A stretch of 64,000 nucleotides of DNA, from positions 80,534-144,533 of the forward strand of contig JALLOO010000001.1 in assembly GCA_027717985.1 (NCBI GenBank), read 5' to 3'. Both the position numbers and the translations under genes were made by a program. This DNA comes from Patescibacteria group bacterium AH-259-L05 (GTDB lineage: Bacteria; Patescibacteriota; Patescibacteriia; UBA2591; UBA6264). The first letter of the stretch is position 1. Each line of letters begins with the position of its first letter. Shown one piece after another: positions 24,109 to 32,229 of the stretch. The notes below the pieces were generated by a model that saw only the letters and a list, made by a program, of their open reading frames with translations, was not told the DNA's origin and ran no database searches.

Positions 24109-24399
24109 TTAAGCATTTAATGGTACTTTGACGCTTTCCAATTCTTGTGAAACAACTGCTGGCGGCATCCATTTTGTTTTTACCCGTTTCCATCCCAACT
24201 CTTGCAAGACCTCGGATAAAGTACCTCTTTTAAGTGTTTCTTCAAAAAAGATTTCAACAGCTTCATTAAACCGTTTTTTTGCCTCATCATAGTTTTTTCC
24301 GCATGTAGATAAATCAAGCGCTGGCGTATAAGCAATAAAGGTTTTCCCTTCGCGGAAAACAGATACTGGTAAATTAACTTCTACTTTTACTCGTTTCAT
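24109..24399 (-). CDS. hicB: HicB-like antitoxin (UPF0150 family)
   Basis: REGKTFIAYTPALDLSTCGKNYDEAKKRFNEAVEIFFE is typical of the HicB N-terminal domain. It sits 5 nt upstream of the hicA remnant. Confidence 0.7.
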   Translation of the reverse strand: MKRVKVEVNLPVSVFREGKTFIAYTPALDLSTCGKNYDEAKKRFNEAVEIFFEETLKRGTLSEVLQELGWKRVKTKWMPPAVVSQELESVKVPLNA

Positions 24400-24448
24400 A
24401 AATTTTTATTGGTTATTGATTGTTTATAACAAGCAGTCTAATTGATAT

Positions 24449-24477
24449 ATTATATCATCGTTTTTTAAACCAGTCAA
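24449..24477 (-). promoter_or_regulatory. Predicted consensus promoter (TTGACT-17-TATAAT) for hicB
   Basis: On the minus strand, -35 is at 24477-24472 (inside the 3' end of the galE-like gene) and -10 at 24454-24449. Confidence 0.5.
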
Positions 24478-25453
24478 TAGTTAATTTTAGGCCGGTATTT
24501 AAATCAATTTTTGGCTTCCACCCAAGCTCTCTTTTTATTTTTTCCCAATCAAGCGCACTTCGCTGCAACTCTCCTTTAATAGGCGGTTCATATTTTTTAG
24601 ATATTTTAGAATTAGTAAATTGAGTTAATTTTTTAAAAATTTGATTAACACTAGTTTGCTTCCCAGTGCCAACATTGTATATACCTATTTTATTTCCTCC
24701 AAGAGCCAATAAATTCGCACGTACCACATCTTCAACATACACATAATCCCGTGTTTGTCTGCCAGATCCGTTAATAGTACATGGTTTGTTGTTCAATATA
24801 TTGAGAATAAATATAGCAATAACTCCTGCTTCTGCAAGCACATTTTGTCGTGGGCCATACACATTTGCGTATCTGAGCACAACGTAATCCAGCCCAAATT
24901 GTTTATAAGAACCTGACTTCGTCGCGCTAAGCGCGACTTTGTCAGAACCTTGAAATTTGAAAGGAATGATATCTTTATCCAAATTATAATAAATTTTTAA
25001 ATATTTTTCAACCGTGAGCTTGCTTAACCCATAAGGCGAAGTTGGCTGAGCAGTGTAACTTTCAAGTGTAGGTATTTTTTTTGTTTCCCCATAGATAGCC
25101 CCACCAGTTGAAGAGAAAATAATTTTTTTTACTTTATATTTTTGCGCGTTTTCAATAACATTAAGCGATCCTAATATATTAACATCAGCGTCGAATACAG
25201 GGCTTTCTAAAGAGGCTCTTAAATTGATCTGTGCGGCACAATGAAATACAATGTCAGGTTTTTCACTAATAAAAATCTCATTAACTTTTTTATCTCGAAT
25301 GTCTATCTTAAAGAATTTTGCTTTTGGATTTATATTTTTTTTTAATCCAGTCGATAAATCATCAATTATATATACTTTATGCCTATTTTGAATGAGAGAG
25401 TCCACAAGGTGAGAACCAATAAACCCCGCCCCACCAGTTACTAAAATTTTCAT
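24455..25453 (-). CDS. NAD-dependent sugar epimerase (UDP-glucose 4-epimerase GalE-like), with a repeat-derived 26-27-aa insertion
   Basis: ILVTGGAGFIGSH and YGLSKLTVEKY (YxxxK). The conserved run ...KIYY / KQFGLDYVVLRYANVYGPRQ is interrupted by NLDKDIIPFKFQGSDKVALSATKSGSY. Confidence 0.8.
   Translation of the reverse strand: MKILVTGGAGFIGSHLVDSLIQNRHKVYIIDDLSTGLKKNINPKAKFFKIDIRDKKVNEIFISEKPDIVFHCAAQINLRASLESPVFDADVNILGSLNVIENAQKYKVKKIIFSSTGGAIYGETKKIPTLESYTAQPTSPYGLSKLTVEKYLKIYYNLDKDIIPFKFQGSDKVALSATKSGSYKQFGLDYVVLRYANVYGPRQNVLAEAGVIAIFILNILNNKPCTINGSGRQTRDYVYVEDVVRANLLALGGNKIGIYNVGTGKQTSVNQIFKKLTQFTNSKISKKYEPPIKGELQRSALDWEKIKRELGWKPKIDLNTGLKLTIDWFKKR
24905..24983 (+). repeat. Family-B repeat, full-length copy with nested GCGC palindrome, in frame in the galE-like gene
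   Basis: Collinear with 82-140 apart from an extra GCGCTAAGCGCGACTTTGTC. The palindrome GTCGCGC-TAA-GCGCGAC is at 24921-24937 and is flanked by GACTTCGTC / GACTTTGTC. Confidence 0.9.
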
Positions 25454-25457
25454 GTTT

Positions 25458-27344
25458 TTATTTATATGTAGGAATGAGTTCCTTTAAAATTTTAATTATA
25501 TTATCTTTATTTCTGTCAGTAAGAGCAGTTTTTAATTTTTCTAATCCATTAATTAATTTTTGTTCATCAAAATCACTTAATTTGGCAATAAATATTTTTT
25601 CGTGTTTTGTTGGTGTTTCTGAATCAGTAAGAAGTTCTTCAAACATCTTTTCTCCTGGCCGCGGCTTAATAAAAACAATAGGAATATCTACATCAGGTTC
25701 GTATCCGGCTAATTTAATCATTTCTCTGGCTAAATCAAGCACTTTCATAGGTTTTCCCATATCAAGAACAAAAACTTCACCTCCTTTACTGGTAGCGCCT
25801 GCTTGCATAACAAGTAAACAGGCTTCAGCAGTTACCATAAAATATCTTTTCATGTCTGGACCAGTGACTTCAACTGGTCCGCCTTTTTTAATTTGTTGTT
25901 CAAAAATACCAACTACATTTCCCTGAGAATCAAGCACATTGCCAAATCTGACTGCGCAGAATTTGGTTTTGTCTTGTTTATTTAACCATAAACAAATCAT
26001 TTCCCCGACCTGTTTTGTTGCTCCCATAACAGAACTTGGGTTAACTGCTTTGTCAGTAGAAATAAGAACAAGTTTTTCGGTTCCATATTTTAGAGCTGTT
26101 TCCCCAACAATTAAAGTACCAAATATATTATTTTTAACTGCTGCATCTGGATGGGACTCCATTACTGGTACATGTTTATACGCAGCAGCATGAAATACAA
26201 CGTCAGGTTTAAAAGTATTAAAAAGCCATTCTATTTTGTCCTTATCACAAATATCACCCACAATAAAAGATTTTGATATATTTGGATATTTCTTTTTTAA
26301 ATCTCGTTCTAAATGGAAAATTCCAGTTTCATTTTGATCTAGAGCAATTAAATTTTCTGGTGAGAAGTTTAATATTTGTTCGCACAAGTGTGAGCCAATA
26401 GAGCCAGCCGCGCCAGTAACTAAAACTGTTTTGCGAGAAATAAATTCTTTAATGGATTGTGTATCAATAGTAACGGCATCTCGTCCTAGAAGATCTTCTA
26501 TAGAAACTTCGCGAATATGGCTTAAGCTAACCTTTTCAGCGAGAATTTCTTTTGTTCCGGGTAAAATTTTTATTTTTTCAACCCCAGCCTTCCTAGTTGA
26601 TTCAACAGTTTCTCGAATAGCTTTTTGAGAAGCTGAAGGCATGGCGATAATAAGCTCTTCAACGTTATGTTTTTTTATAATATCAGGTATGTTTTTTCGT
26701 GTTCCTAATACTTTAACCCCATGGATTAAAACCCCTTGTTTCATAGGATTATCATCAATAAATCCAACTGGAGCATAGGGGCTGTTTTTAGAAGATAAGA
26801 TATGTCTAGATAGTTGTTCTCCGGCGTCACCAGCGCCAATAATTACAACAGGAATTCCTTTTCTTTTTTTGCCATTGTAAGAAATTCCTCGTTTAAGTCC
26901 ATGTAAATAAATTCTTTTAGAAAAACGAAGTCCACCCGTTGTTAAAAGGGTTAAAAAGCCTGAAATAAAAATAATAGAGCGGGGAAATCCAGCAAAAATA
27001 GGATGTTCACGAAAGATAAAAAGTTCAGTGCCCACAACAAGAAAACTGACAACAACGGCTCTAAATAATTTTAAAAGTTCGTTAACACTAATAAAGGACC
27101 ATGAGATAGAATATAATTTTTCCAGCCAAAAGAAAAAAATAGTTACCGGCACAGCTAACAGAATAAATCCTTTTATCATTGTAGAATATTCTTCATATGG
27201 AATCGATCCATCAAATCGTAGAAAAAATCCCAGCCAGCACGATAAAGTTATCAGGACAATATCACCAAGTAGAAAGAAAATCGTTCTTTTAGTTGTTGTC
27301 CGAGCAAGAATTTTTTGTTTAAGTTTTTTAATCGCGGATTTCAT
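25458..27344 (-). CDS. Membrane-anchored polysaccharide biosynthesis protein CapD/PglF/WbpM-like (nucleotide-sugar 4,6-dehydratase family)
   Basis: Four N-terminal TM segments, two Rossmann folds (VVIIGAGDAGEQ; VLVTGAAGSIGSHL). 628 aa. Confidence 0.8.
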   Translation of the reverse strand: MKSAIKKLKQKILARTTTKRTIFFLLGDIVLITLSCWLGFFLRFDGSIPYEEYSTMIKGFILLAVPVTIFFFWLEKLYSISWSFISVNELLKLFRAVVVSFLVVGTELFIFREHPIFAGFPRSIIFISGFLTLLTTGGLRFSKRIYLHGLKRGISYNGKKRKGIPVVIIGAGDAGEQLSRHILSSKNSPYAPVGFIDDNPMKQGVLIHGVKVLGTRKNIPDIIKKHNVEELIIAMPSASQKAIRETVESTRKAGVEKIKILPGTKEILAEKVSLSHIREVSIEDLLGRDAVTIDTQSIKEFISRKTVLVTGAAGSIGSHLCEQILNFSPENLIALDQNETGIFHLERDLKKKYPNISKSFIVGDICDKDKIEWLFNTFKPDVVFHAAAYKHVPVMESHPDAAVKNNIFGTLIVGETALKYGTEKLVLISTDKAVNPSSVMGATKQVGEMICLWLNKQDKTKFCAVRFGNVLDSQGNVVGIFEQQIKKGGPVEVTGPDMKRYFMVTAEACLLVMQAGATSKGGEVFVLDMGKPMKVLDLAREMIKLAGYEPDVDIPIVFIKPRPGEKMFEELLTDSETPTKHEKIFIAKLSDFDEQKLINGLEKLKTALTDRNKDNIIKILKELIPTYK

Positions 27345-27355
27345 TTCAAATATTG

Positions 27356-28276
27356 TTATTTGTTGGATAACAAACTTTTTACTCTTTCCACAATTGTTTC
27401 TGGCGTGAGTCCATATTCTTTTCGTAAGAAGTCTCGACTTCCTATTTTTTTTGCAAACGTGTCATTAACCCCGATTCTTTGAAATATAATTCTTTTTGAC
27501 ATATTTTCCATTAATATTTCTGCTACTGCACCGCCCAGCCCTCCCAGAATAGTATGTTCTTCAATGGTAACCACAGCGTTGGTTTTTTGAGCCGTTTTTA
27601 AGATTGTTTCTTTATCGATTGGTTTAATGGTATGCATGCTTATGACTTCTACATTGATATTTTCTTTTGAAAGGAATTCTGCAGCCTCGATAGCCGGCTC
27701 TAACATCCCCCCTGTTGTTATCATAGATATATCATTTCCCTCGCGCACTGTTATTGCTTTACCAATTTTGAAATCAGGAGGTGTTTGATGGATTCGTTTA
27801 CTCATAGAAAGACGTAGATAGCAGGGCCCTCTTTTTTTAATAACCGCTTTTGTAGCAAGGCTTGCTTCAATAGGGTCATTTGGTGCTATAACAGTCATAT
27901 TGGGCAAAGATCTTAGAATGGCAAGATCTTCTGTAGGGTGGTGTGTTGATGCTAATGCGCCATAGTGAAAGCCACCGCCAACAGCAACGATCTTTACATT
28001 ATGGTTGTGATAACATACGTCACTTCGAATTTGTTCTAAACAGCGAAGAGTAGGGAAGTTGCCAATGGAGTAGGTAAAAACTGTTTTCCCTGTGCTTGCC
28101 AGACCAGCTGCAATTCCAGTCATATTCTGCTCTGCAACGCCAGCATTAAGAAATTGATTTGGAAATTGGGCCTGAAAATCTTCAATAACTGAATACCCAA
28201 GATCGCCCGTAATAAAAAAGATATTTTTATTTTTCTCTGCGACTTCAGTCAGTGTTTTAATAAAGGCATTTCTCAT
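27356..28276 (-). CDS. Transketolase, C-terminal (pyrimidine-binding) subunit
   Basis: GVAEQNMTGIAAGLA and a 306-aa size typical of split transketolase. Overlaps the N-terminal subunit gene by 4 nt. Confidence 0.8.
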   Translation of the reverse strand: MRNAFIKTLTEVAEKNKNIFFITGDLGYSVIEDFQAQFPNQFLNAGVAEQNMTGIAAGLASTGKTVFTYSIGNFPTLRCLEQIRSDVCYHNHNVKIVAVGGGFHYGALASTHHPTEDLAILRSLPNMTVIAPNDPIEASLATKAVIKKRGPCYLRLSMSKRIHQTPPDFKIGKAITVREGNDISMITTGGMLEPAIEAAEFLSKENINVEVISMHTIKPIDKETILKTAQKTNAVVTIEEHTILGGLGGAVAEILMENMSKRIIFQRIGVNDTFAKKIGSRDFLRKEYGLTPETIVERVKSLLSNK

Positions 28277-29112
28277 AAACCAAAATCTTCTTTTTTAATA
28301 TTTAATTCATTAAATGCTTGTTCTAAGAGTTTTTCATCCATATTTTTGTAATGCCATGCTACGGTATTTTCCATAAAACTTACCCCCTTTCCTTTTATAG
28401 TATGGGCAATAACAAACAAGGGCTTTCCTTTTTTAACAGGGATAGGTGTAAGCGCTGATTCGATTTCTGTATGGTTATGTCCATCGATCTCTTTTACGGT
28501 CCATCCAAATGCTTTTAGTTTATCAGCAACGGGCTCAAGATCAAGTGTATCTTTTACCGGTGCTAAACTTTGAATTTTATTATAATCTAAGATAACAATT
28601 AAGTTATCTAATTTGTGATAAGGAGCGAAAAGAAAGGCCTCCCAATTTGAGCCTTCATCCATTTCTCCGTCGCTTACGATAACGAACGTACGATATTTTT
28701 TTTTATCTCGTTTTCCCGCAAGTGCAACTCCACAGGCAAACGGTAGTCCATGCCCTAATGATCCAGTTGAAAGCTCAATGCCGGGAACATTGAGTTTGGT
28801 AACATGTCCTGCAAGTTTTCCATCATCTTGATAATACGTGTCAAGCCATGACATTGGGAAGAATCCTTTGAGCGCTAATGCCGCATATACAACAGCGGCT
28901 CCGTGTCCTTTGCTCATAATAAATCGATCTCGATCTTCCCATTCTGGGTTTTTGGGATCAATATTTAAAATATTTTTATATAAAACAGCGATAATATCTA
29001 CTGCTGAAAGGTTTGATCCAGCGTGAGCACTTTGTCCTTGATATACCATCTTAAGAACATATCCTCTAATTTTTTTCGCTTGTTCCTGGTAGTTTTTTTC
29101 TTTGGTATGCAT
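28273..29112 (-). CDS. Transketolase, N-terminal (ThDP-binding) subunit
   Basis: SAHAGSNLSAVDI, GSLGHGLP and VSDGEMDEGSNWEA (ThDP/Mg motif). Confidence 0.8.
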   Translation of the reverse strand: MHTKEKNYQEQAKKIRGYVLKMVYQGQSAHAGSNLSAVDIIAVLYKNILNIDPKNPEWEDRDRFIMSKGHGAAVVYAALALKGFFPMSWLDTYYQDDGKLAGHVTKLNVPGIELSTGSLGHGLPFACGVALAGKRDKKKYRTFVIVSDGEMDEGSNWEAFLFAPYHKLDNLIVILDYNKIQSLAPVKDTLDLEPVADKLKAFGWTVKEIDGHNHTEIESALTPIPVKKGKPLFVIAHTIKGKGVSFMENTVAWHYKNMDEKLLEQAFNELNIKKEDFGL

Positions 29113-29184
29113 AATGTTATTTTTTGTGTTATGTTTTTATAATCTGGCAATAGAAATATTAAACCCTTTAAACTTCCAAGGCTC

Positions 29185-29205
29185 TGGCCTCATTTTTTGT
29201 ATTTC
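29185..29205. repeat. 21-nt direct repeat TGGCCTCATTTTTTGTATTTC (copy 1)
   Basis: Identical to 29455-29475. Lies 10 nt beyond the stop of the small Cys-rich ORF. Confidence 0.85.
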
Positions 29206-29214
29206 CTTATTTTT

Positions 29215-29394
29215 TTATTTAACGCTAGATTCCTCTCGCACTGTTTTATTATTTTGTCTATGCTTTCTGTCGGTGCAGAGACACGCTTTTAGTGGATGTT
29301 GGTAATCTGTACAGTCTGGCGCTTGACAAGCACATGGTGTATCAGATACTCCTTCACAGCCACCAGTACAGATATAATGTTTGTGATTTTCCAT
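29215..29394 (-). CDS. Small Cys/His-rich protein (59 aa), putative metal-binding; not in the supplied ORF track
   Basis: Hand-translated: MENHKHYICTGGCEGVSDTPCACQAPDCTDYQHPLKACLCTDRKHRQNNKTVREESSVK. Seven Cys in CxxxC, CxC and CxC spacing plus four His. Same strand as the operon and fills an otherwise empty 375-nt gap. Confidence 0.5.
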   Translation of the reverse strand: MENHKHYICTGGCEGVSDTPCACQAPDCTDYQHPLKACLCTDRKHRQNNKTVREESSVK

Positions 29395-29454
29395 AATTAA
29401 TAATTAGCTAGTTATTTTTTTTTAACTATGGACGGGAACATCGAGGCGATTTTT

Positions 29455-29475
29455 TGGCCTCATTTTTTGTATTTC
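29455..29475. repeat. 21-nt direct repeat TGGCCTCATTTTTTGTATTTC (copy 2)
   Basis: Identical to 29185-29205. Lies 13 nt beyond the stop of the methyltransferase gene. The adjacent GAGGC...GCCTC stem followed by a T run looks like a terminator when read on the plus strand. Confidence 0.85.
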
Positions 29476-29487
29476 GTTTATTCTTTA

Positions 29488-30267
29488 TTACTGTTTATGC
29501 GCTACTGCAAAGAATACCTTATATTGATGACCGGGAACATTATGAGGAATAGGCATTGGCGGGGAATATTTGACCATGCCATGTTTAATTTCTGGTGGTA
29601 ATTCTAATAATTTGCCAAAAAGAAGTCTTTTAAATACTTCCTTGCCTTTCATTGTTTTTGGTATAAGATGCAATTTGACAGCAACTCTTTTTATAATGGA
29701 TATAATTTTGTTTTTCAATGATTTTGTTGAGATAGGGCAATCAGCAAAGAATTTAATATCTTTGAAATTATGATTTTTTAGCAAATTATATAATTCTGGT
29801 ACAGAATAATATTTATAGCTAAAAGGACTTTTATTAAAATCAGACCAGTCTTTATTAACCGTGCCAATAATTAAGGTCCCTGTTTTTCTAAGTACACGCC
29901 AGGCTTCTTTAAGAAATTTTTCTGGATGTTTTAAATAATAAATAGCTTCATATATGATAATCACGTCAAAAGAGTTATCTTCAAAAGGTAGATTGTGGGC
30001 ATCAAATGAGCGGAGTTCAATATTGTCTCTTCCCTGATAATATTCTTTTGCATATTTTAAAATATTTTTATCAATATCTCCGCCAATTACTGTTTTGGCT
30101 TTTTTAGCCAAAAATCCTAATCCTTGACCGGCGCCGCATGCTACTTCAAGAACGTCTTTGTTTTCACAAAACTGAGCAGCAAAATAATAACGGTTACAGC
30201 TTCTGGCAAATTGTTCTTTAGAGGCTTTAGATCTAGGGAGCTCTGTGATAGTGCTATAGTCAACCAT
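29488..30267 (-). CDS. Class I SAM-dependent methyltransferase
   Basis: VLEVACGAGQGLGFLA (motif I) and FDVIIIYEAIYYL. Confidence 0.75.
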   Translation of the reverse strand: MVDYSTITELPRSKASKEQFARSCNRYYFAAQFCENKDVLEVACGAGQGLGFLAKKAKTVIGGDIDKNILKYAKEYYQGRDNIELRSFDAHNLPFEDNSFDVIIIYEAIYYLKHPEKFLKEAWRVLRKTGTLIIGTVNKDWSDFNKSPFSYKYYSVPELYNLLKNHNFKDIKFFADCPISTKSLKNKIISIIKRVAVKLHLIPKTMKGKEVFKRLLFGKLLELPPEIKHGMVKYSPPMPIPHNVPGHQYKVFFAVAHKQ

Positions 30268-31366
30268 AAAAAGTGTGGATTGATTTAATTACGTATTTAA
30301 TTTGACTTTCATTAAGTTCAGGAATTAAGGGCAGAGAGATTACCTCTTTAGCAAACTGTTCTGTGTTGGGTAAATTAAAATGCGAAAGTTTTAGGGATTT
30401 TTGATGGTGAATAGGGATTGGGTTTGAAATGATTGTTTCGATACTTTTTTCTTTTAGGAATAAAGCAAGTTTATCTCGTTTTCGAGCCTTGATTACATAG
30501 TTTTGATAAACATCGAAAAATCGTCCCTTTGATTGCGGAGGGGGAGGGAGAAAGATTTTATTTATATTAGATAATCCTTGATGGTATATAGCAGCTAATT
30601 TTCGTCGTCTCTTGATCCAAGAGGGAAGATATTTGAATTTTACATTAAGAACGGCTGCTTGAAGATTATCTAAACGACTAGTAAATCCATAACACACTAA
30701 TTTGTTTTTAGTTTCTCGGCCGTGATCCCTTAATAAGCGAATTTTCTTTGCTAGAATTTTGTTATTCGTACAAACTATTCCAGCATCTCCAAGCGCACCA
30801 AGAAGCTTTGCTGGGTAGAAACTGAAGCAGCTAGACAATCCAAACGATCCTGCTTTTTTGCCGTCAAATTTAGCACCAAGCGCTTGGGCAGCATCTTCGA
30901 TTAGTATTAGATTATGCTTTTTAGCAATAGTCATTAATTTTTTCATATCACAAACCCGGCCATTAAAATGAACAGGAATAATTGCTTTAGTTTTGTTTGT
31001 AATTACTGCCTTCAATTTATCCATATCCATATTATAGTCATCTCCAACATCAACCAAAATCGGCCTAGCGCCGCAATGGATAATGGCCTCTATTGTGGCG
31101 ACAAACGTATGAGCTACAGTAATCACTTCATCACCTTTTCCTATACCAGCAGCGCGTAACGAAAAGATTAAAGAATCGGTACAACTATTCACCCCAACTG
31201 CATATTTAACACCCAGAAATGAGGCTGTGTTTTTTTCAAATTTTTCCACGTCACTACGAAGGATTAAATCACCCCTTGATAACGCTCTTGTTATTGTCGT
31301 GTCTATTTCCTTTTTTAGATTCTTATACTGGAGCGGATAATTTACAAATGGTACTTTATATCGCAT
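30260..31366 (-). CDS. DegT/DnrJ/EryC1/StrS-family PLP-dependent sugar aminotransferase
   Basis: FSFYPAKLLGALGDAG (PLP lysine region) and LIEDAAQALGA. Confidence 0.85.
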   Translation of the reverse strand: MRYKVPFVNYPLQYKNLKKEIDTTITRALSRGDLILRSDVEKFEKNTASFLGVKYAVGVNSCTDSLIFSLRAAGIGKGDEVITVAHTFVATIEAIIHCGARPILVDVGDDYNMDMDKLKAVITNKTKAIIPVHFNGRVCDMKKLMTIAKKHNLILIEDAAQALGAKFDGKKAGSFGLSSCFSFYPAKLLGALGDAGIVCTNNKILAKKIRLLRDHGRETKNKLVCYGFTSRLDNLQAAVLNVKFKYLPSWIKRRRKLAAIYHQGLSNINKIFLPPPPQSKGRFFDVYQNYVIKARKRDKLALFLKEKSIETIISNPIPIHHQKSLKLSHFNLPNTEQFAKEVISLPLIPELNESQIKYVIKSIHTFYG

Positions 31367-31390
31367 GTTATTTAGATAGATAAAGTAGTT

Positions 31391-32146
31391 TTATTTAATA
31401 GTTGCGTATCCTATATATGGGTCAAATTCTAATCTTTCTATTTTTAGTTTATTTATCCCCACTGTTTTAAGAAGTGCCATTGTCTCTCCTGGCCAGATCG
31501 GGTTATCTAATTCATCAAAAGCGATAATGGCGCCTTTTGGCATCCTTGGATAAAAATGTTCAAGGGCAACTTTTGTTGGTTCGAATAGATCGAAATCTAA
31601 AAATAATAAACTTACAACAAGATGTTTATTATTTTTAATAAATTCCGGGATAGTTTTAATAGCGTCACCCTTTATCAACTGGACCTTATTTACATGTCCT
31701 AGGAATCTGGTTGAGTCGTATATTTTTATTAAATTATTTAACTCCTTAAAGGAATCAGCCGAAAGAGCCCCAGTCTTTATTTTAGAAAATTTACTTTTAT
31801 CTTCTTTTACTACAGAAGGAAAACCACCAAAAGTATCAAATCCATATATTCGTCTTGTTAAATTGACTGGTTCGAAAATAGCACTCATTTTAGCCCATGC
31901 CATTAGTCCAAATCCACGATGAACACCACATTCTATAATAGATCCTTTGATTGTTAAAATTTTTTTAAAAATTTCATATAATGTAAAAAGTCGTGTAAGC
32001 TTTTGTCGTCTAATATATTTAGTAAAATCGTCCAGTTTTGTTTCGAGATTATCTGGACATGTAATAAAAGCTTGAGCCAGTTTTTTAACCTCCTCTTTTT
32101 CAGTACTTGTTCTCAGCCCTCCTTCGGGAACAATTTTTTTCTCCAT
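31391..32146 (-). CDS. TylF/MycF-family sugar O-methyltransferase
   Basis: GSIIECGVHRGFG and LLFLDFDLFEPT, typical of macrocin-O-methyltransferase-like enzymes. Confidence 0.75.
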   Translation of the reverse strand: MEKKIVPEGGLRTSTEKEEVKKLAQAFITCPDNLETKLDDFTKYIRRQKLTRLFTLYEIFKKILTIKGSIIECGVHRGFGLMAWAKMSAIFEPVNLTRRIYGFDTFGGFPSVVKEDKSKFSKIKTGALSADSFKELNNLIKIYDSTRFLGHVNKVQLIKGDAIKTIPEFIKNNKHLVVSLLFLDFDLFEPTKVALEHFYPRMPKGAIIAFDELDNPIWPGETMALLKTVGINKLKIERLEFDPYIGYATIK

Positions 32147-32229
32147 AGTTTGTATCTGATTAAATTTTGTTAGTTATTGTTCTAAGATTATGATATCCTA
32201 ATAGGCAGGGTTAGTCAATTTATCAAAAT

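Noticed and set aside
9930-27408. Numerous 60-160-aa ORFs antisense to or nested in large genes (for example 9930..10331, 13170..13658, 11763..12131, 25474..25926, 27028..27408, 35035..35367, 59026..59214)
   Set aside because: All lie fully within strongly supported genes, have low-complexity or odd composition, and show no recognisable motifs. I treat them as frame shadows typical of AT-rich DNA.
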